Assembly: GCA_030427825.1 (NCBI GenBank) | Contig: JAUICO010000002.1 | Span: 25,634 to 89,633 of the forward strand | Reading direction: 5' to 3' | Source of the DNA: a bacterium | GTDB taxonomy: Bacteria > Myxococcota_A > Bradymonadia > REDH01 | Length of the DNA: 64,000 nt | Shown: positions 9,529 through 20,663 of the stretch, one piece after another | Position numbering within the stretch: the first letter of the stretch is position 1 | Layout: each line of letters opens with the position of its first letter | Program-made: the position numbers and the translations under genes | Notes under the pieces: model-generated | Told to the model about the DNA's origin: nothing | The model's input: the letters and a program-made list of their open reading frames with translations, nothing else | Databases searched by the model: none

Positions 9529-10302
9529 TCACGACGGAATCCGAGGTGTGACAACGAAACGCTGCATGTCATCCGGGAAGGTGACCTGCCCCGCGAAGGT
9601 CTTGCGGATCAAGTCGTCGACGTCTGTGCCCATCACCCACGGGTAGCGGTGCACCACGAGCAGGTGGCCGACATCAGCCCGTGATGCGGCGTCCGCCAGG
9701 GTGCCGGGCGAGAGGTGCGTTGGCAGCGGCATTTCGTCGGGTGTCGAACACTCAACGATCGCGACATCTGCGCCGCTCAGGCTGTTGATGAGTGCCTCAC
9801 AGGGGCCGGAGTCACCGGGGATCGCCAGCACGCCGCCGTCAGGTGCAGAGAATCTCCATGAGATGGAAGATTCCGTGTGGCTCACTGTGCCGGAGCGCAC
9901 CCGAAGCGGTCCGGCGTCGAATTGCACGCCGCGCTCGATCGTGTGCATCCGAACCTGGCTCGGCGGCGGTCGCAGCCAATCTCCGAAAGCGTCCTGCGCC
10001 CTCCCAATGATATCGTGTGTCTCCGCTGAGGCGTAGATGTCCAATGGCAGGGCGCGCGTGTACCCGGGCACGTGCAGCGCAAAGAGCAGCGGCATCAGGT
10101 CGGCGATGTGGTCGAGGTGCGCGTGCGTGATGAAGAGCGCGTTGAGGGTCAGCGCGCTGCCGCCGGCACGATGGAGCTTCTGCAGGGCGCCGCTGCCGAT
10201 ATCGACGAGAGCGGCGTAGTCGCCACAGCGAAGGAGGTGCGAAGTGGGACCTCGCTCCGCTTCAGGAAACGCGACGCCGGTGCCGAGCGTTGTCAGCTCC
10301 AT
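9529..10302 (-). CDS. MBL-fold metallo-hydrolase
   Basis: HxHxDH motif (ITHAHLDHIADL). The start is trimmed to the internal M (MELTTLGTG…), which is typical of the MBL N-terminus and avoids overlap with the neighbouring gene. Confidence 0.8.
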   Translation of the reverse strand: MELTTLGTGVAFPEAERGPTSHLLRCGDYAALVDIGSGALQKLHRAGGSALTLNALFITHAHLDHIADLMPLLFALHVPGYTRALPLDIYASAETHDIIGRAQDAFGDWLRPPPSQVRMHTIERGVQFDAGPLRVRSGTVSHTESSISWRFSAPDGGVLAIPGDSGPCEALINSLSGADVAIVECSTPDEMPLPTHLSPGTLADAASRADVGHLLVVHRYPWVMGTDVDDLIRKTFAGQVTFPDDMQRFVVTPRIPS

Positions 10303-10316
10303 GCCGGCGGCCATCC

Positions 10317-11402
10317 CTACTCCTGCGCGTCCGGCGCGTCCTGCGTGGGCTGGACCGGCGGCCGCCACTCTTCGGGAAGCGGTGGGTCCGACCAGGTGTA
10401 TGGAACGTTCACGCGGGTCAGGCCGGTGCGCCCGACGCGCTTGCCGTGAAAAAGGAAGGTCAGGTTGCCTGCGCTGCCCTGTGCGGGCCGGTCGAAGTAG
10501 AGCACTTCGTTGATGGTCGCGCCGGCCGCGATGGGGCTGGCCGCAGTAATGCGTCCGGCGACAGTGATGCCGGCCGGGAAGGTGGCAAAGTTCAGCGGCA
10601 CCATGTCCGCGCCGACAAGAGAAGGCGTGCGCAGGTCGCGACTTGTGTTCGGCGGACGATAGGTCAGCGCCTCGCCCCCTGTGTTGCTGATCGCCAGCTC
10701 GAGCTTCACGACCGGCTGCCCGGTGATGCCTTCCTCGCCTGAGGTGTTCGTAATTCGCTCGTACACCGTAGAGATGCGCTGCACGTTCAGGGCGTAGCCG
10801 TCGCCGGCGACCGGAGTGCCCATGGTCCCCACGGGCAGCGCCGCCACATCGGCCGCGCTCGGCGCGTCAAAGCGAATGTACCCCGGCAGCTCAACCTCTG
10901 AACCGAAGACCCGGGGTGGAATGCTGAGCAGCAGCGAAGTCACGTCCGCGCTCGGCGCGCTGAAGAGCAACAGGTCGTTGAGGGTGGCGCCGGGCTCAAT
11001 CGTCGTGACGGCGGTCACGGGATCCGCCGGGTATCGAGTCAGAATGGTATCGATGCCGGGGATGTTGTCCGCCTGTTGCGGCTCCGGCGGCGTGCCGCCC
11101 GGATCAGCGAAGAGCAGCACGGACTGCGCCTGCGTGGCGGCGGTCGCGGCCCAGCCCAGGTCGTAGCTCAGCGGACCGGCTCCGGTGTTTGTGACCGAAA
11201 GATCCAGTTGGAGCACCGGTTCGCTGACGATCACCGCGCCGGCCGCATCTTCGAGATCGATGCGAACGTACGTAGCGCTGTTGAGCACCACCTCAGCAGA
11301 TCCCTGAGCAAGCGGCTGCCCCATCGTGGTGACCACTGGCTTCTTACAAGCGATCGCCGTCAGGCAGACGAGCACACAAACGAAAAATCGGGCCACACGC
11401 AT
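10317..11402 (-). CDS. Hypothetical lipoprotein
   Basis: Signal peptide plus lipobox (CLTAIAC). 361 aa. The sequence is Thr/Ala/Gly-rich and the function is unknown. Confidence 0.5.
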   Translation of the reverse strand: MRVARFFVCVLVCLTAIACKKPVVTTMGQPLAQGSAEVVLNSATYVRIDLEDAAGAVIVSEPVLQLDLSVTNTGAGPLSYDLGWAATAATQAQSVLLFADPGGTPPEPQQADNIPGIDTILTRYPADPVTAVTTIEPGATLNDLLLFSAPSADVTSLLLSIPPRVFGSEVELPGYIRFDAPSAADVAALPVGTMGTPVAGDGYALNVQRISTVYERITNTSGEEGITGQPVVKLELAISNTGGEALTYRPPNTSRDLRTPSLVGADMVPLNFATFPAGITVAGRITAASPIAAGATINEVLYFDRPAQGSAGNLTFLFHGKRVGRTGLTRVNVPYTWSDPPLPEEWRPPVQPTQDAPDAQE

Positions 11403-11534
11403 GAATCAACCGGGTCCAAAACAGGGGCCGGAAGCTAACACGACGCCAAAATGGGTGTCAAACTACCGTTAGCGCGTCAAAAACCACGTCCGCCGCCACG
11501 GTCAACAGCTTGCGGAGCTCCCCGACAACGGTTT

Positions 11535-12134
11535 TCAGCTCGAACTGTCCCCGGTCGCCGACGCAAATGCCCGCGAGAAGTAGCTGAGAGCGAGCTGAAC
11601 TCCGGCTTCAACCTCCTCCTCGTCCTTCTGAAGGAAGTCCAACGCGAAGCCGTTGAGTGCGCTGAAGAGTACCTGAACCCCGGCGCGGATCACTTCGGGA
11701 TCGTCGATGTGATCGGCAAGCAGCGACTCCGCGACCGCGTTTGCCGTGGCGTCGAAGCGCTTCATCATGAGACGAAACTCCGGGCCAAGCACATCATCAG
11801 TTCGTGCCGCGACCGCGAGCTCAAGCCAGACCGAGAACGTTGGGCCCCGCAGCGCCGACCACAGATGCGGCAGCAGCTCGGCGGGTCCACCGGTGAAGCC
11901 CTCGAGTTCTGCAGCGAACTCCGCGGCCCGACGCATGAGAAGATCGTCAATCGAAGCCAGCATCAGCGCCTGCTTGCTCGGAAAGTGGTGCAGCATCGTG
12001 CCGCGAGCCACGCCCGCGCGCTCACACACCGCGACCGTCGAGCTTCGATGGTAGCCCAGCTCAGCAAGGCACGCGAACGCGGCGTCCATCAGGGCCCGGC
12101 GCGTGGCGGCGGCGTCGTTCTTTCTTCGAGTCAC
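11535..12134 (-). CDS. TetR-family transcriptional regulator
   Basis: TetR HTH (ATRRALMDAAFACLAELGYHRSSTVAVCERAGVARGTMLHHFPSKQAL). The GTG start at 12134 is preceded by GGAG with 5-nt spacing. The track ORF extends to 12407, but that extension would overlap the divergent gene and lacks a TetR-like N-terminus. Confidence 0.7.
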   Translation of the reverse strand: MTRRKNDAAATRRALMDAAFACLAELGYHRSSTVAVCERAGVARGTMLHHFPSKQALMLASIDDLLMRRAAEFAAELEGFTGGPAELLPHLWSALRGPTFSVWLELAVAARTDDVLGPEFRLMMKRFDATANAVAESLLADHIDDPEVIRAGVQVLFSALNGFALDFLQKDEEEVEAGVQLALSYFSRAFASATGDSSS

Positions 12135-12164
12135 CGAAGCTCCGGATCGATGAAGGGCGTCGAA

Positions 12165-12229
12165 ACAGTCAGGCTTGACTGTTGTAGCGGAAAGTGGTTG
12201 GGCGAGTAAACCGTCAGCATTGACGGTTT
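12165..12229. promoter_or_regulatory. Two inverted repeats sharing a GTCA-N4-TGAC core in the divergent tetR/desaturase intergenic region: ACAGTCAggctTGACTGT (12165-12182) and AAACCGTCAgcatTGACGGTTT (12208-12229)
   Basis: Read directly from the sequence. They sit between the divergently transcribed TetR gene (minus) and the fatty-acid hydroxylase gene (plus). The second repeat abuts the RBS of the plus gene. Confidence 0.5.
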
Positions 12230-12253
12230 GTGCCTCGCGCAGGAGTTCTCGCG

Positions 12254-13231
12254 ATGAAACACATCCTGGATTTTCTCTCAGAGCTGATCGACGGCGGCGA
12301 CATCTATCTGATCCTGCTGCCGGTGTACGTGGTTCTGCTCGGTGGCGAACGCATTGTGCATGGCCTGCGCGGATTCGGGAGCTGGGACTACCGCGACAGC
12401 GCGGCAAACATCGCGATCACGCTCTGGTTTCTGCTCGTCGATATCGTCGTCGGTGGCCTTGTGCCTCTGGCCGTCGTGGCGCTCCTTCACGAGCACCTTT
12501 CCCTCTGGACCTTCGAATACACCGCAATCGGCTGGGTCCTCGCGTTCCTCGCCTGGGACCTCTGCTGGTACACCGACCATCGAATCGCCCACAGCACCGG
12601 CTTCTTCTGGGCCATGCACCACGTCCATCACTCGTCGGCCGAGTACAACATGACCGTGGCTTCCCGTGGCTTCCTGGCCGACGAAACCCTGCTGAGCCGG
12701 CCACTGTTCTACCTCCTGCCGATCATCGGCCTGACCCCCTTCCACTTCGTCGTGGTTCGCATCGTGACCAACATCTGGGGCATCGCCCAGCACACACGAG
12801 TCGTCGACAGGCTGCCCGTGCTTGACCGGATCTTCGCCACCCCGTCGAATCACCGCGTACATCACGGCTCCGACCCGAAGTACCTCGACCGCAATTACGG
12901 TGAGGTGTTGATCATCTGGGACCATCTCTTCGGCAGCTACACCGCAGAAGAAGAGGAGCCGACATACGGCGTGACCGAGCCCATCGACACGTACAACCCC
13001 GTGAAGATACAGATCGCAGGCTTCCGTTGGCTCGGTCAGAAGATGAGACGCGCAGACGGGTGGCTGAACAAGCTGCGGTGTCTGTATCGCAAGCCGGGCT
13101 GGGAGCCCTCGGCTGCTCAGAAAAAGCGCCGAGCCCGCAGGCTCAACTCGCCGCCTGAACCCGACTTCGTCGGCGCTGCGCGAGAAGCGCAAGGCCGATC
13201 AGCAACACACCCGGCGGAATCGTCCGCGTAA
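12254..13231 (+). CDS. Fatty acid hydroxylase / sterol desaturase superfamily integral membrane protein (di-iron His-box enzyme)
   Basis: His boxes HRIAH, HHVHH and HRVHH. The ATG at 12254 is preceded by AGGAG. The track ORF uses a GTG at 12230. Confidence 0.7.
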   Translation: MKHILDFLSELIDGGDIYLILLPVYVVLLGGERIVHGLRGFGSWDYRDSAANIAITLWFLLVDIVVGGLVPLAVVALLHEHLSLWTFEYTAIGWVLAFLAWDLCWYTDHRIAHSTGFFWAMHHVHHSSAEYNMTVASRGFLADETLLSRPLFYLLPIIGLTPFHFVVVRIVTNIWGIAQHTRVVDRLPVLDRIFATPSNHRVHHGSDPKYLDRNYGEVLIIWDHLFGSYTAEEEEPTYGVTEPIDTYNPVKIQIAGFRWLGQKMRRADGWLNKLRCLYRKPGWEPSAAQKKRRARRLNSPPEPDFVGAAREAQGRSATHPAESSA

Positions 13232-14726
13232 GCGAGTAGGTCGCGCACCCGCTGTCGTCCACCGGCCCGCCGTTCGCCGCATTGAACTCCGCGAGCCCCT
13301 CCTCGACCTCTTCGCTGCGGTCCATCGAGAGCATCGGTGGTCCGCTGTCGCCGGCTTCGTAGGAACGCAACAGAGACGGTACACTGCCGATCGTCGGTCC
13401 ACCGGGAAAGCCGCCCAGCGTGACCGTGGAGCCGTCATCGAAACGCAGTTCCTGCGTGAAGCGGTTATTGCGACAGTCACGCACCCCTTCGACGGTGTGC
13501 ACGTTGTCCACCTCAGGCAGGTCGCCGTTGAAGACGAACACCGGATCCATTGTCATCTCCTCCGGGTCCAGGGTGGTGAAGAGGCGTGTGATCACGTCCT
13601 GCCGGCGAAGCGCGGCGGCAGCTTCTTCCAGAGGTTCGACGATGCGTTCCGAGATCGCATCGTAGAGCCCCGCCGAATCGAGACCGCTTTCGTTGATCGT
13701 GTTGTCGTCGATAAGCTGCTGCAGCTCCCGGTCGAGCTGAAACCCGTTGTTCTGCAGGACAAAGCCAACGTCGAAGGCGTTGGCGTCCGCGAGGTCAGCG
13801 GGCTCCAGCGTCTGCAGTGCTTCCAGCTGCGCAACGATCGAGTCCACCGGGCCCGAGTAATCCGTCGCGAAGCCATGTCCTCCGGCTTCATCTGCAGCCG
13901 CAGTCACGACGCTGCGGTAGTTTCCGCCGCCGCTCGCCCAGGAGATCATCGCAGGATTCAACTCCAACAGCTGGTAGTTCTCGGGCACCGCGCGCTCCGG
14001 GCCGACGATGTGCACAAGCAGCCCCATGTCGTCCTGCGCGGCGACCGCCGTCAGCTGAATGGGAATCATCGGCTTGTCGGCCTCGTACGTCACCACCAGC
14101 GGTTGGATGTTCCCCACCTCCTGGCCCTTGCTGAGGCGCACCGCGACGAAGCGTGTGCCGGCCATGTCGATGTACGGCTGCGTCAGATTCACCGTCTCAG
14201 CGGGGATGTCGTAGTCGTTGTTGTCGAGCCACTCGAAAAGCGCCTGCGTGTCGGTCGCTGCGAGCACTACGGTGTCGAAGGGGCCGACCTGCTCAGAGGA
14301 CAGGACCTCAACGCCGTTTCGACCTCCGCTTTCGTCGTCGCTCTGCGCGGTGGCGCCGTCCGCCGCGCCGCACGCCATGCTGAAGCCCTGGCCGCGATTG
14401 CAGTTGCCCAGCTCACGCCAGTTCACCGAAAACTGCGGCTGCAGCGTCGCGTTCAGCTGCGCAAAAAGCTGGTCAGATGACACCTCGATCGTCGGGGTGT
14501 CGGGCACCGGAAGGATCCAGCCGAAACTCTCGGCGGTACCCGTGTACTGAATCTGAATGTACGCAGAGATCCGATCACCATCCGCAATGAAGAGGATCTG
14601 TTCGCCCGTCTGATCGATGGGCTGGCCTGCATTGCAGAAGAAGCCGCCGCAGGCCGCAGCGATGGAATTCACCGCGCACACCGCCGCAAACGTCGCGGCG
14701 CATACAAGACGCGTGCTCAAGTTCAT
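13143..14726 (-). CDS. Secreted lipoprotein with a CGGFFC motif and a MYXO-CTERM-like C-terminal tail
   Basis: Signal peptide plus lipobox (SIAAAC). The C-terminus reads …DDSGCATYSLTRTIPPGVLLIGLALLAQRRRSR, i.e. Cys followed by a hydrophobic stretch and an Arg cluster. The start is trimmed to MNLSTRL. Confidence 0.55.
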   Translation of the reverse strand: MNLSTRLVCAATFAAVCAVNSIAAACGGFFCNAGQPIDQTGEQILFIADGDRISAYIQIQYTGTAESFGWILPVPDTPTIEVSSDQLFAQLNATLQPQFSVNWRELGNCNRGQGFSMACGAADGATAQSDDESGGRNGVEVLSSEQVGPFDTVVLAATDTQALFEWLDNNDYDIPAETVNLTQPYIDMAGTRFVAVRLSKGQEVGNIQPLVVTYEADKPMIPIQLTAVAAQDDMGLLVHIVGPERAVPENYQLLELNPAMISWASGGGNYRSVVTAAADEAGGHGFATDYSGPVDSIVAQLEALQTLEPADLADANAFDVGFVLQNNGFQLDRELQQLIDDNTINESGLDSAGLYDAISERIVEPLEEAAAALRRQDVITRLFTTLDPEEMTMDPVFVFNGDLPEVDNVHTVEGVRDCRNNRFTQELRFDDGSTVTLGGFPGGPTIGSVPSLLRSYEAGDSGPPMLSMDRSEEVEEGLAEFNAANGGPVDDSGCATYSLTRTIPPGVLLIGLALLAQRRRSRVQAAS

Positions 14727-14787
14727 GATGTCCTCAACCGGGTGGGGGCGCCACACCCAAGCAGTGTGACGGTCCCTCGACTGAGCG

Positions 14788-16527
<1,740 letters not shown>

Positions 16528-16932
16528 AGCATCTCAGCGCGCGATTGTGCGGCCGGTCGGGAGGCAACGCGGCGCGCAGAAAATGGCGGCGCTGCGTCAG
16601 CTGCAGCGTCCGTACCACGGGTAGAAAAAATGGCGGTCGAGAGAAGCGCGAGGGGATCTGGGACGCGATCCGAAAACCGCCCGGGAGACACCCCGCAGAT
16701 TGATTTCCAGCGGCTTTCGTTCCGATGTCCTGCGTCGCTGCCAGACTCGGGTCGGAAGACAGTTGAGTGTGTTTCGCACGTCTTCATAAACGTGTCCCGC
16801 ACACCCGATCTCCGACTCCTTGTGTCAGCAGCCCTATACCGCAGGGTGCGGAGGGCGATGCCAGGGGAAACCGCAGCGAAGTGATCGGCGGACGCACAGT
16901 CGTGTCCATGCCGGCTCAACGCTTCAATCGAC

Positions 16933-17997
16933 CTACAGTACACTTATGACCTCATCGACCTGAGCGTCAACCTCATGCAGAGGCAACCCGCCTTCTTCGC
17001 CGAGTCGCATCTTGTAGTACTCGCTCTCGGCGAACATTCGCAGCGCGCGGACGCGCTTGGGCAGGTAGGGGTGGCTGAGCAGGTATTCAGACACGCGGCC
17101 GATGCCCTGCTTGATGTCGTCGAGCTGCTCCAGATAGGCGTCCACGTCGAGCTCGTCGACCAGCGCCTGCGAACCGACCGCGAGCTTGATCATCGTGGTC
17201 TGCGCGGACTCCATGCTGCCCACGCAGAGCAGTCCGGCCCGGTCGCAGGTGATCTCGGCGCGTCGCTGCCAGCCGCGCAGGGCGATCAGCGCCGGCGTGG
17301 TGATCCACCGAACGAACATGCCGCCCATGTTGGTGAGGAAGTGCAGCGCGGTCATGTACGTGACGTGGCTGTTCTGGATGTGGCCGCACTCGTGTCCGAT
17401 CACGAACTTGAGCTCGTCGTCGCTGAGGCGGTCGACCGTCGCGGAGTTCACCAGAATGAACGAGTCCGTATCCGTACCGAAGGTCGCCGCATTGATGCTC
17501 GCGAAGTTCTGCGTCACGTATACAGTCGGGATCGGGATGTGCAGCATCTCTGCACACTCGGCGACCATCTTGTGGATGCGCGGAAACTGGCGCGGGCTGA
17601 CCCGAACCGACGAGCCGAGAATATCCGACTGGCTCCACGCCTTGAACGCGCGGACGGTAGCTTCAGCGGCAAGCCGCACGGGCTTGGCGTAGCTGAGCGT
17701 CTTCAGGATGCGCAGGTCTGTAGAATAGGCGTACTCGCCGAAGCCGCCCTGCTCGGTGCGCGCGGACTCGGGGTTCTTACGTACGTCGACGTAGCGCTGA
17801 AAGTTGAAGTCGGGTGTCATGCGAAGGCTCCGAGGGCGTATGGCACTGTCTGCATATGGCTCAGGCGGCGTGTAACCTTGCGGTCTCCCGGCGCCCGTGC
17901 GTCGGTGCGGGCGACTTTGTGCGCCCCGAAGTCGCTTGTCACGTTCGGGAGGCAAAAGCGTTCTCACGGCAGTGTGTGCGCCGCCGCCTACATGCAA
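16933..17997 (-). CDS. M48-family zinc metallopeptidase (HtpX/Ste24-like)
   Basis: HExxH motif (IGHECGHIQNSH). 354 aa. Confidence 0.75.
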   Translation of the reverse strand: MHVGGGAHTAVRTLLPPERDKRLRGAQSRPHRRTGAGRPQGYTPPEPYADSAIRPRSLRMTPDFNFQRYVDVRKNPESARTEQGGFGEYAYSTDLRILKTLSYAKPVRLAAEATVRAFKAWSQSDILGSSVRVSPRQFPRIHKMVAECAEMLHIPIPTVYVTQNFASINAATFGTDTDSFILVNSATVDRLSDDELKFVIGHECGHIQNSHVTYMTALHFLTNMGGMFVRWITTPALIALRGWQRRAEITCDRAGLLCVGSMESAQTTMIKLAVGSQALVDELDVDAYLEQLDDIKQGIGRVSEYLLSHPYLPKRVRALRMFAESEYYKMRLGEEGGLPLHEVDAQVDEVISVL

Positions 17998-18012
17998 CCC
18001 CGCAGGGCCGCG

Positions 18013-18915
18013 TCAGCTTCCCCGAGAGAGCGCATATCTTCGCCCCCATCGTAGCAGCAGCCAACCGGAGAAGAGCAGAATCGACGCGATGATGCCGTAG
18101 ATGATCACAAACACGAGGCTGGACTTCGGCGCCTTGTCCGCGTGCATCAGCCACGCAGTCTCGCAGCTCGGGCCGATCTCTTCCCGCAGCTCGGCGTCGG
18201 TCGCTTCGCGGCCATGTTCATCGAAGAAGGCGAGGCGTGCGCGCTCTTCCCGGGAGCGGTACATCGTGTTGACCGGTTCCGAGGCTTTCACCCCGCAGTA
18301 GCGAACGCCGTAGGTGTCTGAATAGTAACGGAGAATCGGCGTGTATGAACGCGGCAGCTTGTCGAAGCGCACCAGGCGCCCCGGTCCGTCGTGGTAGTAT
18401 CGAGCCGAGCCCGAGTCCGTGAACTCGCCCCATGTCATCGCGTCCGGCGCGGCCAGCGCCTGGAGACGTTCCTGCTCTGTTTCGACGTAGATGTGGGTAC
18501 CGAGCAATTTGAACACTACCGTGTCGCCCGATGACGTCAGACGCTCGGATACGCCTGCGAGAGAGACGTAGCGGTTCGTGGGCAGGTCGATGACGCCGCC
18601 GTCCGACCACTCGCTGTCGCCTCGCAGGGCCTCGACATCGCCGATCTCGATGAGCTCAGATGGCGTGAAGAAGTATAGGAAGCGTTGGTAGTACTCGGCG
18701 GCGAGAAATACCGCGAAGGCCGCTACTAACAGGATCAGCAGCGGCTGGGCGTAGTTGACCGAGAGTTCGATCTCGTCAAAGCCCGCGTCCACGTGATCCG
18801 CTGGCAGTGGGCGCCCGTCGTAGTCGTCCGTCTCGAAGAAGGACGCTTCGATGTCCTTGGTATTTCTGGGTGGGTCCGGACTCAATTTCCCGCTCGGTGC
18901 AGAGTCGGTGAACAC
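18013..18915 (-). CDS. Hypothetical membrane protein with two TM segments
   Basis: N-terminal TM (LLILLVAAFAVFLAA) and C-terminal TM (LVFVIIYGIIASILLFSGWLLL). It lies 15 nt upstream of the M48 peptidase gene on the same strand. Confidence 0.45.
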   Translation of the reverse strand: MFTDSAPSGKLSPDPPRNTKDIEASFFETDDYDGRPLPADHVDAGFDEIELSVNYAQPLLILLVAAFAVFLAAEYYQRFLYFFTPSELIEIGDVEALRGDSEWSDGGVIDLPTNRYVSLAGVSERLTSSGDTVVFKLLGTHIYVETEQERLQALAAPDAMTWGEFTDSGSARYYHDGPGRLVRFDKLPRSYTPILRYYSDTYGVRYCGVKASEPVNTMYRSREERARLAFFDEHGREATDAELREEIGPSCETAWLMHADKAPKSSLVFVIIYGIIASILLFSGWLLLRWGRRYALSRGS

Positions 18916-18960
18916 TAAACGCCGCGCGTCTTCATGTCACCGTTTGAGGACCACGGACGC

Positions 18961-19815
18961 TCAGTACCGTGATCGATGACGCTCTTTCGCCGGCAGGATC
19001 TCGAGGCAGGTCGTCCACCAGCCGGTGTTGATGGTCTCGACAAACTCTTCAGGCAAGCCCTCTGCGCGCATCTCCGCTGCCAGACGTTCATGGTCATATG
19101 CCACCGACACCAGCTCGTGGACCAGGTCCTTTGTAGAGGGATCAACGTGCAGCAGGCAGTACCAGACCGCAGTGCTTCCATCGTTCGCCGGTCGTCCTAT
19201 CGCGCCGACGTTGATGACGCCGCGGCCGTCCGGGAGTTGTCGGGACCAGTGGATTCCGGTGTGAGTGACAAGAACAAGGTCTGCGTCATGTTCGGCAAGA
19301 AGCCGCTCGATAAAGGGGTCTGGTGTCGTCGACTCCCATAGGAACTCGTTGACCCGCCTCGGTGATCCATGCGCCAGCAGCACCCGCCGGCCGGCGAGCG
19401 AGAGACGCAGCTCCGGCGGCAGCGCGCGAAGCCACTCGCAGTTCTCGGGTGAGGTGTTCGCCCGAGTGTACTCGTAGCTGATCTGCGCGAAGTGATTGTC
19501 CCGGGGGTCGGTGTAGCCGCAGGCGCAGTCGTCGAGTCCGTGGCCGATCGAGTGATCGTAGTTGCCCTGCACGCAGCGCACGCCGTGGTCACGCAGCAGG
19601 GGAAACACCCGATCGGGGTGCGGGCCGAAGCCGCCCATATCGCCGAGGCAGTATTTGGACACGGCGCCCCGGGCCTGAGCGTCCTCAAGAACGGCCTCGA
19701 GCGCCAGGTAGTTGTTGTAGACGCCGCCGAAGACCGCGATCGTGAATCGATCCGAACCCGGGGTGTCGGTCGATCTCCCGCTCATGTGCGGCAGCTCACG
19801 CCTTCTACGTGGCAT
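18961..19815 (-). CDS. Metallophosphoesterase (calcineurin-like phosphoesterase) family protein
   Basis: A block resembling MPE metal-binding motifs (IAVFGGVYNN…; GNYDH; LVTHTGIHW). An alternative start MSGRS exists at 19785. Confidence 0.7.
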   Translation of the reverse strand: MPRRRRELPHMSGRSTDTPGSDRFTIAVFGGVYNNYLALEAVLEDAQARGAVSKYCLGDMGGFGPHPDRVFPLLRDHGVRCVQGNYDHSIGHGLDDCACGYTDPRDNHFAQISYEYTRANTSPENCEWLRALPPELRLSLAGRRVLLAHGSPRRVNEFLWESTTPDPFIERLLAEHDADLVLVTHTGIHWSRQLPDGRGVINVGAIGRPANDGSTAVWYCLLHVDPSTKDLVHELVSVAYDHERLAAEMRAEGLPEEFVETINTGWWTTCLEILPAKERHRSRY

Positions 19816-20663
19816 GTGTAGCAGGCGGGGTGATCGAGTCGGATCGCCCGGGTCGCGTCTTCAAGCGTACCACCCATGCGTGCACCCGACTCCTCAATCA
19901 GGATCGGGCATGGATACCAGCCTTTGGCAGTGACCATGCGGCTCGATGCGCATTGCAGCAGCTCCTCTTCGCCCTCGATCAGGTCGCCTTCGGCGAGGCG
20001 TTCAAAGCGTTCGTAGCTGCGCCCGCGTCGCTCCTCGCGACCGATGCGGAACGGCGCCAGAAACTTCATCCGCGGTCGCTGCAGACCGGCCGCCGCCAGT
20101 AGCGTCCGAAACTTCTCGCGTGATTCCGGCGTTGCCTCATCGACCTCGGTGACGGTCAGCACCGGGTTGAGCCCCGCGTCGGCCAGAGCGCGAATGCCGG
20201 CCATGATCTTCTCAAAGCTGCCTCCGCCGCGAATCGGGTCGTTGGCCGCCGCGCTCGTGCCGTCCAGGGACACCCGCAGGTCGAAGCTGTGCCGCGAGCT
20301 GTCGAAGATCTCGCGGCAGCGCGCCGCTTCGTCGGCACCGATCAGAATCCCGTTCGTGAGAATCGTGAGCGGTCCGGCATCCAGCGCGATGTCGATCAGC
20401 CGGAAGATATCCGGGTGCATGAAAGGCTCGCCGCCGGTGAAATAGTAGTCGCGCACGCCCTTTGCCCGCGCGCCGGAGATCGCCTCGGCGACCTGCGATA
20501 CGCTCATGAAGGGGTGGTTGTCGTTCTTCGGGCCGCAGCTGATGAAGCAGTGTCTGCATGCCAGATTACAGAGCGTGCCGGTCACCTGCAGCCACAGCGT
20601 ATCCAGCGCGTTCAATGTAAGGAGCGGCGCGGGTGGGTGACTCTGTTGAGCGTGCAGGTGCAT
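19782..20663 (-). CDS. Radical SAM enzyme with a C-terminal Cys cluster (SPASM/twitch-like)
   Basis: CxxxCxxC motif (CNLACRHC) and GGEPFMHP. The C-terminal Cys residues read CPILIEE…HPACYTCHVEGVSC. It overlaps the upstream TPR gene (ATGA). Confidence 0.75.
   Translation of the reverse strand: MHLHAQQSHPPAPLLTLNALDTLWLQVTGTLCNLACRHCFISCGPKNDNHPFMSVSQVAEAISGARAKGVRDYYFTGGEPFMHPDIFRLIDIALDAGPLTILTNGILIGADEAARCREIFDSSRHSFDLRVSLDGTSAAANDPIRGGGSFEKIMAGIRALADAGLNPVLTVTEVDEATPESREKFRTLLAAAGLQRPRMKFLAPFRIGREERRGRSYERFERLAEGDLIEGEEELLQCASSRMVTAKGWYPCPILIEESGARMGGTLEDATRAIRLDHPACYTCHVEGVSCRT

Noticed and set aside
12135-12407. 5' extension of the TetR ORF (track start 12407)
   Set aside because: The extension would run through the intergenic operators and overlap the divergent desaturase start. 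A GTG at 12134 with a GGAG RBS gives a normal-length TetR.
13497-14480. 327-aa plus-strand ORF
   Set aside because: It is antisense to the CGGFFC lipoprotein gene and its composition is Arg/His/Val-rich artefact.
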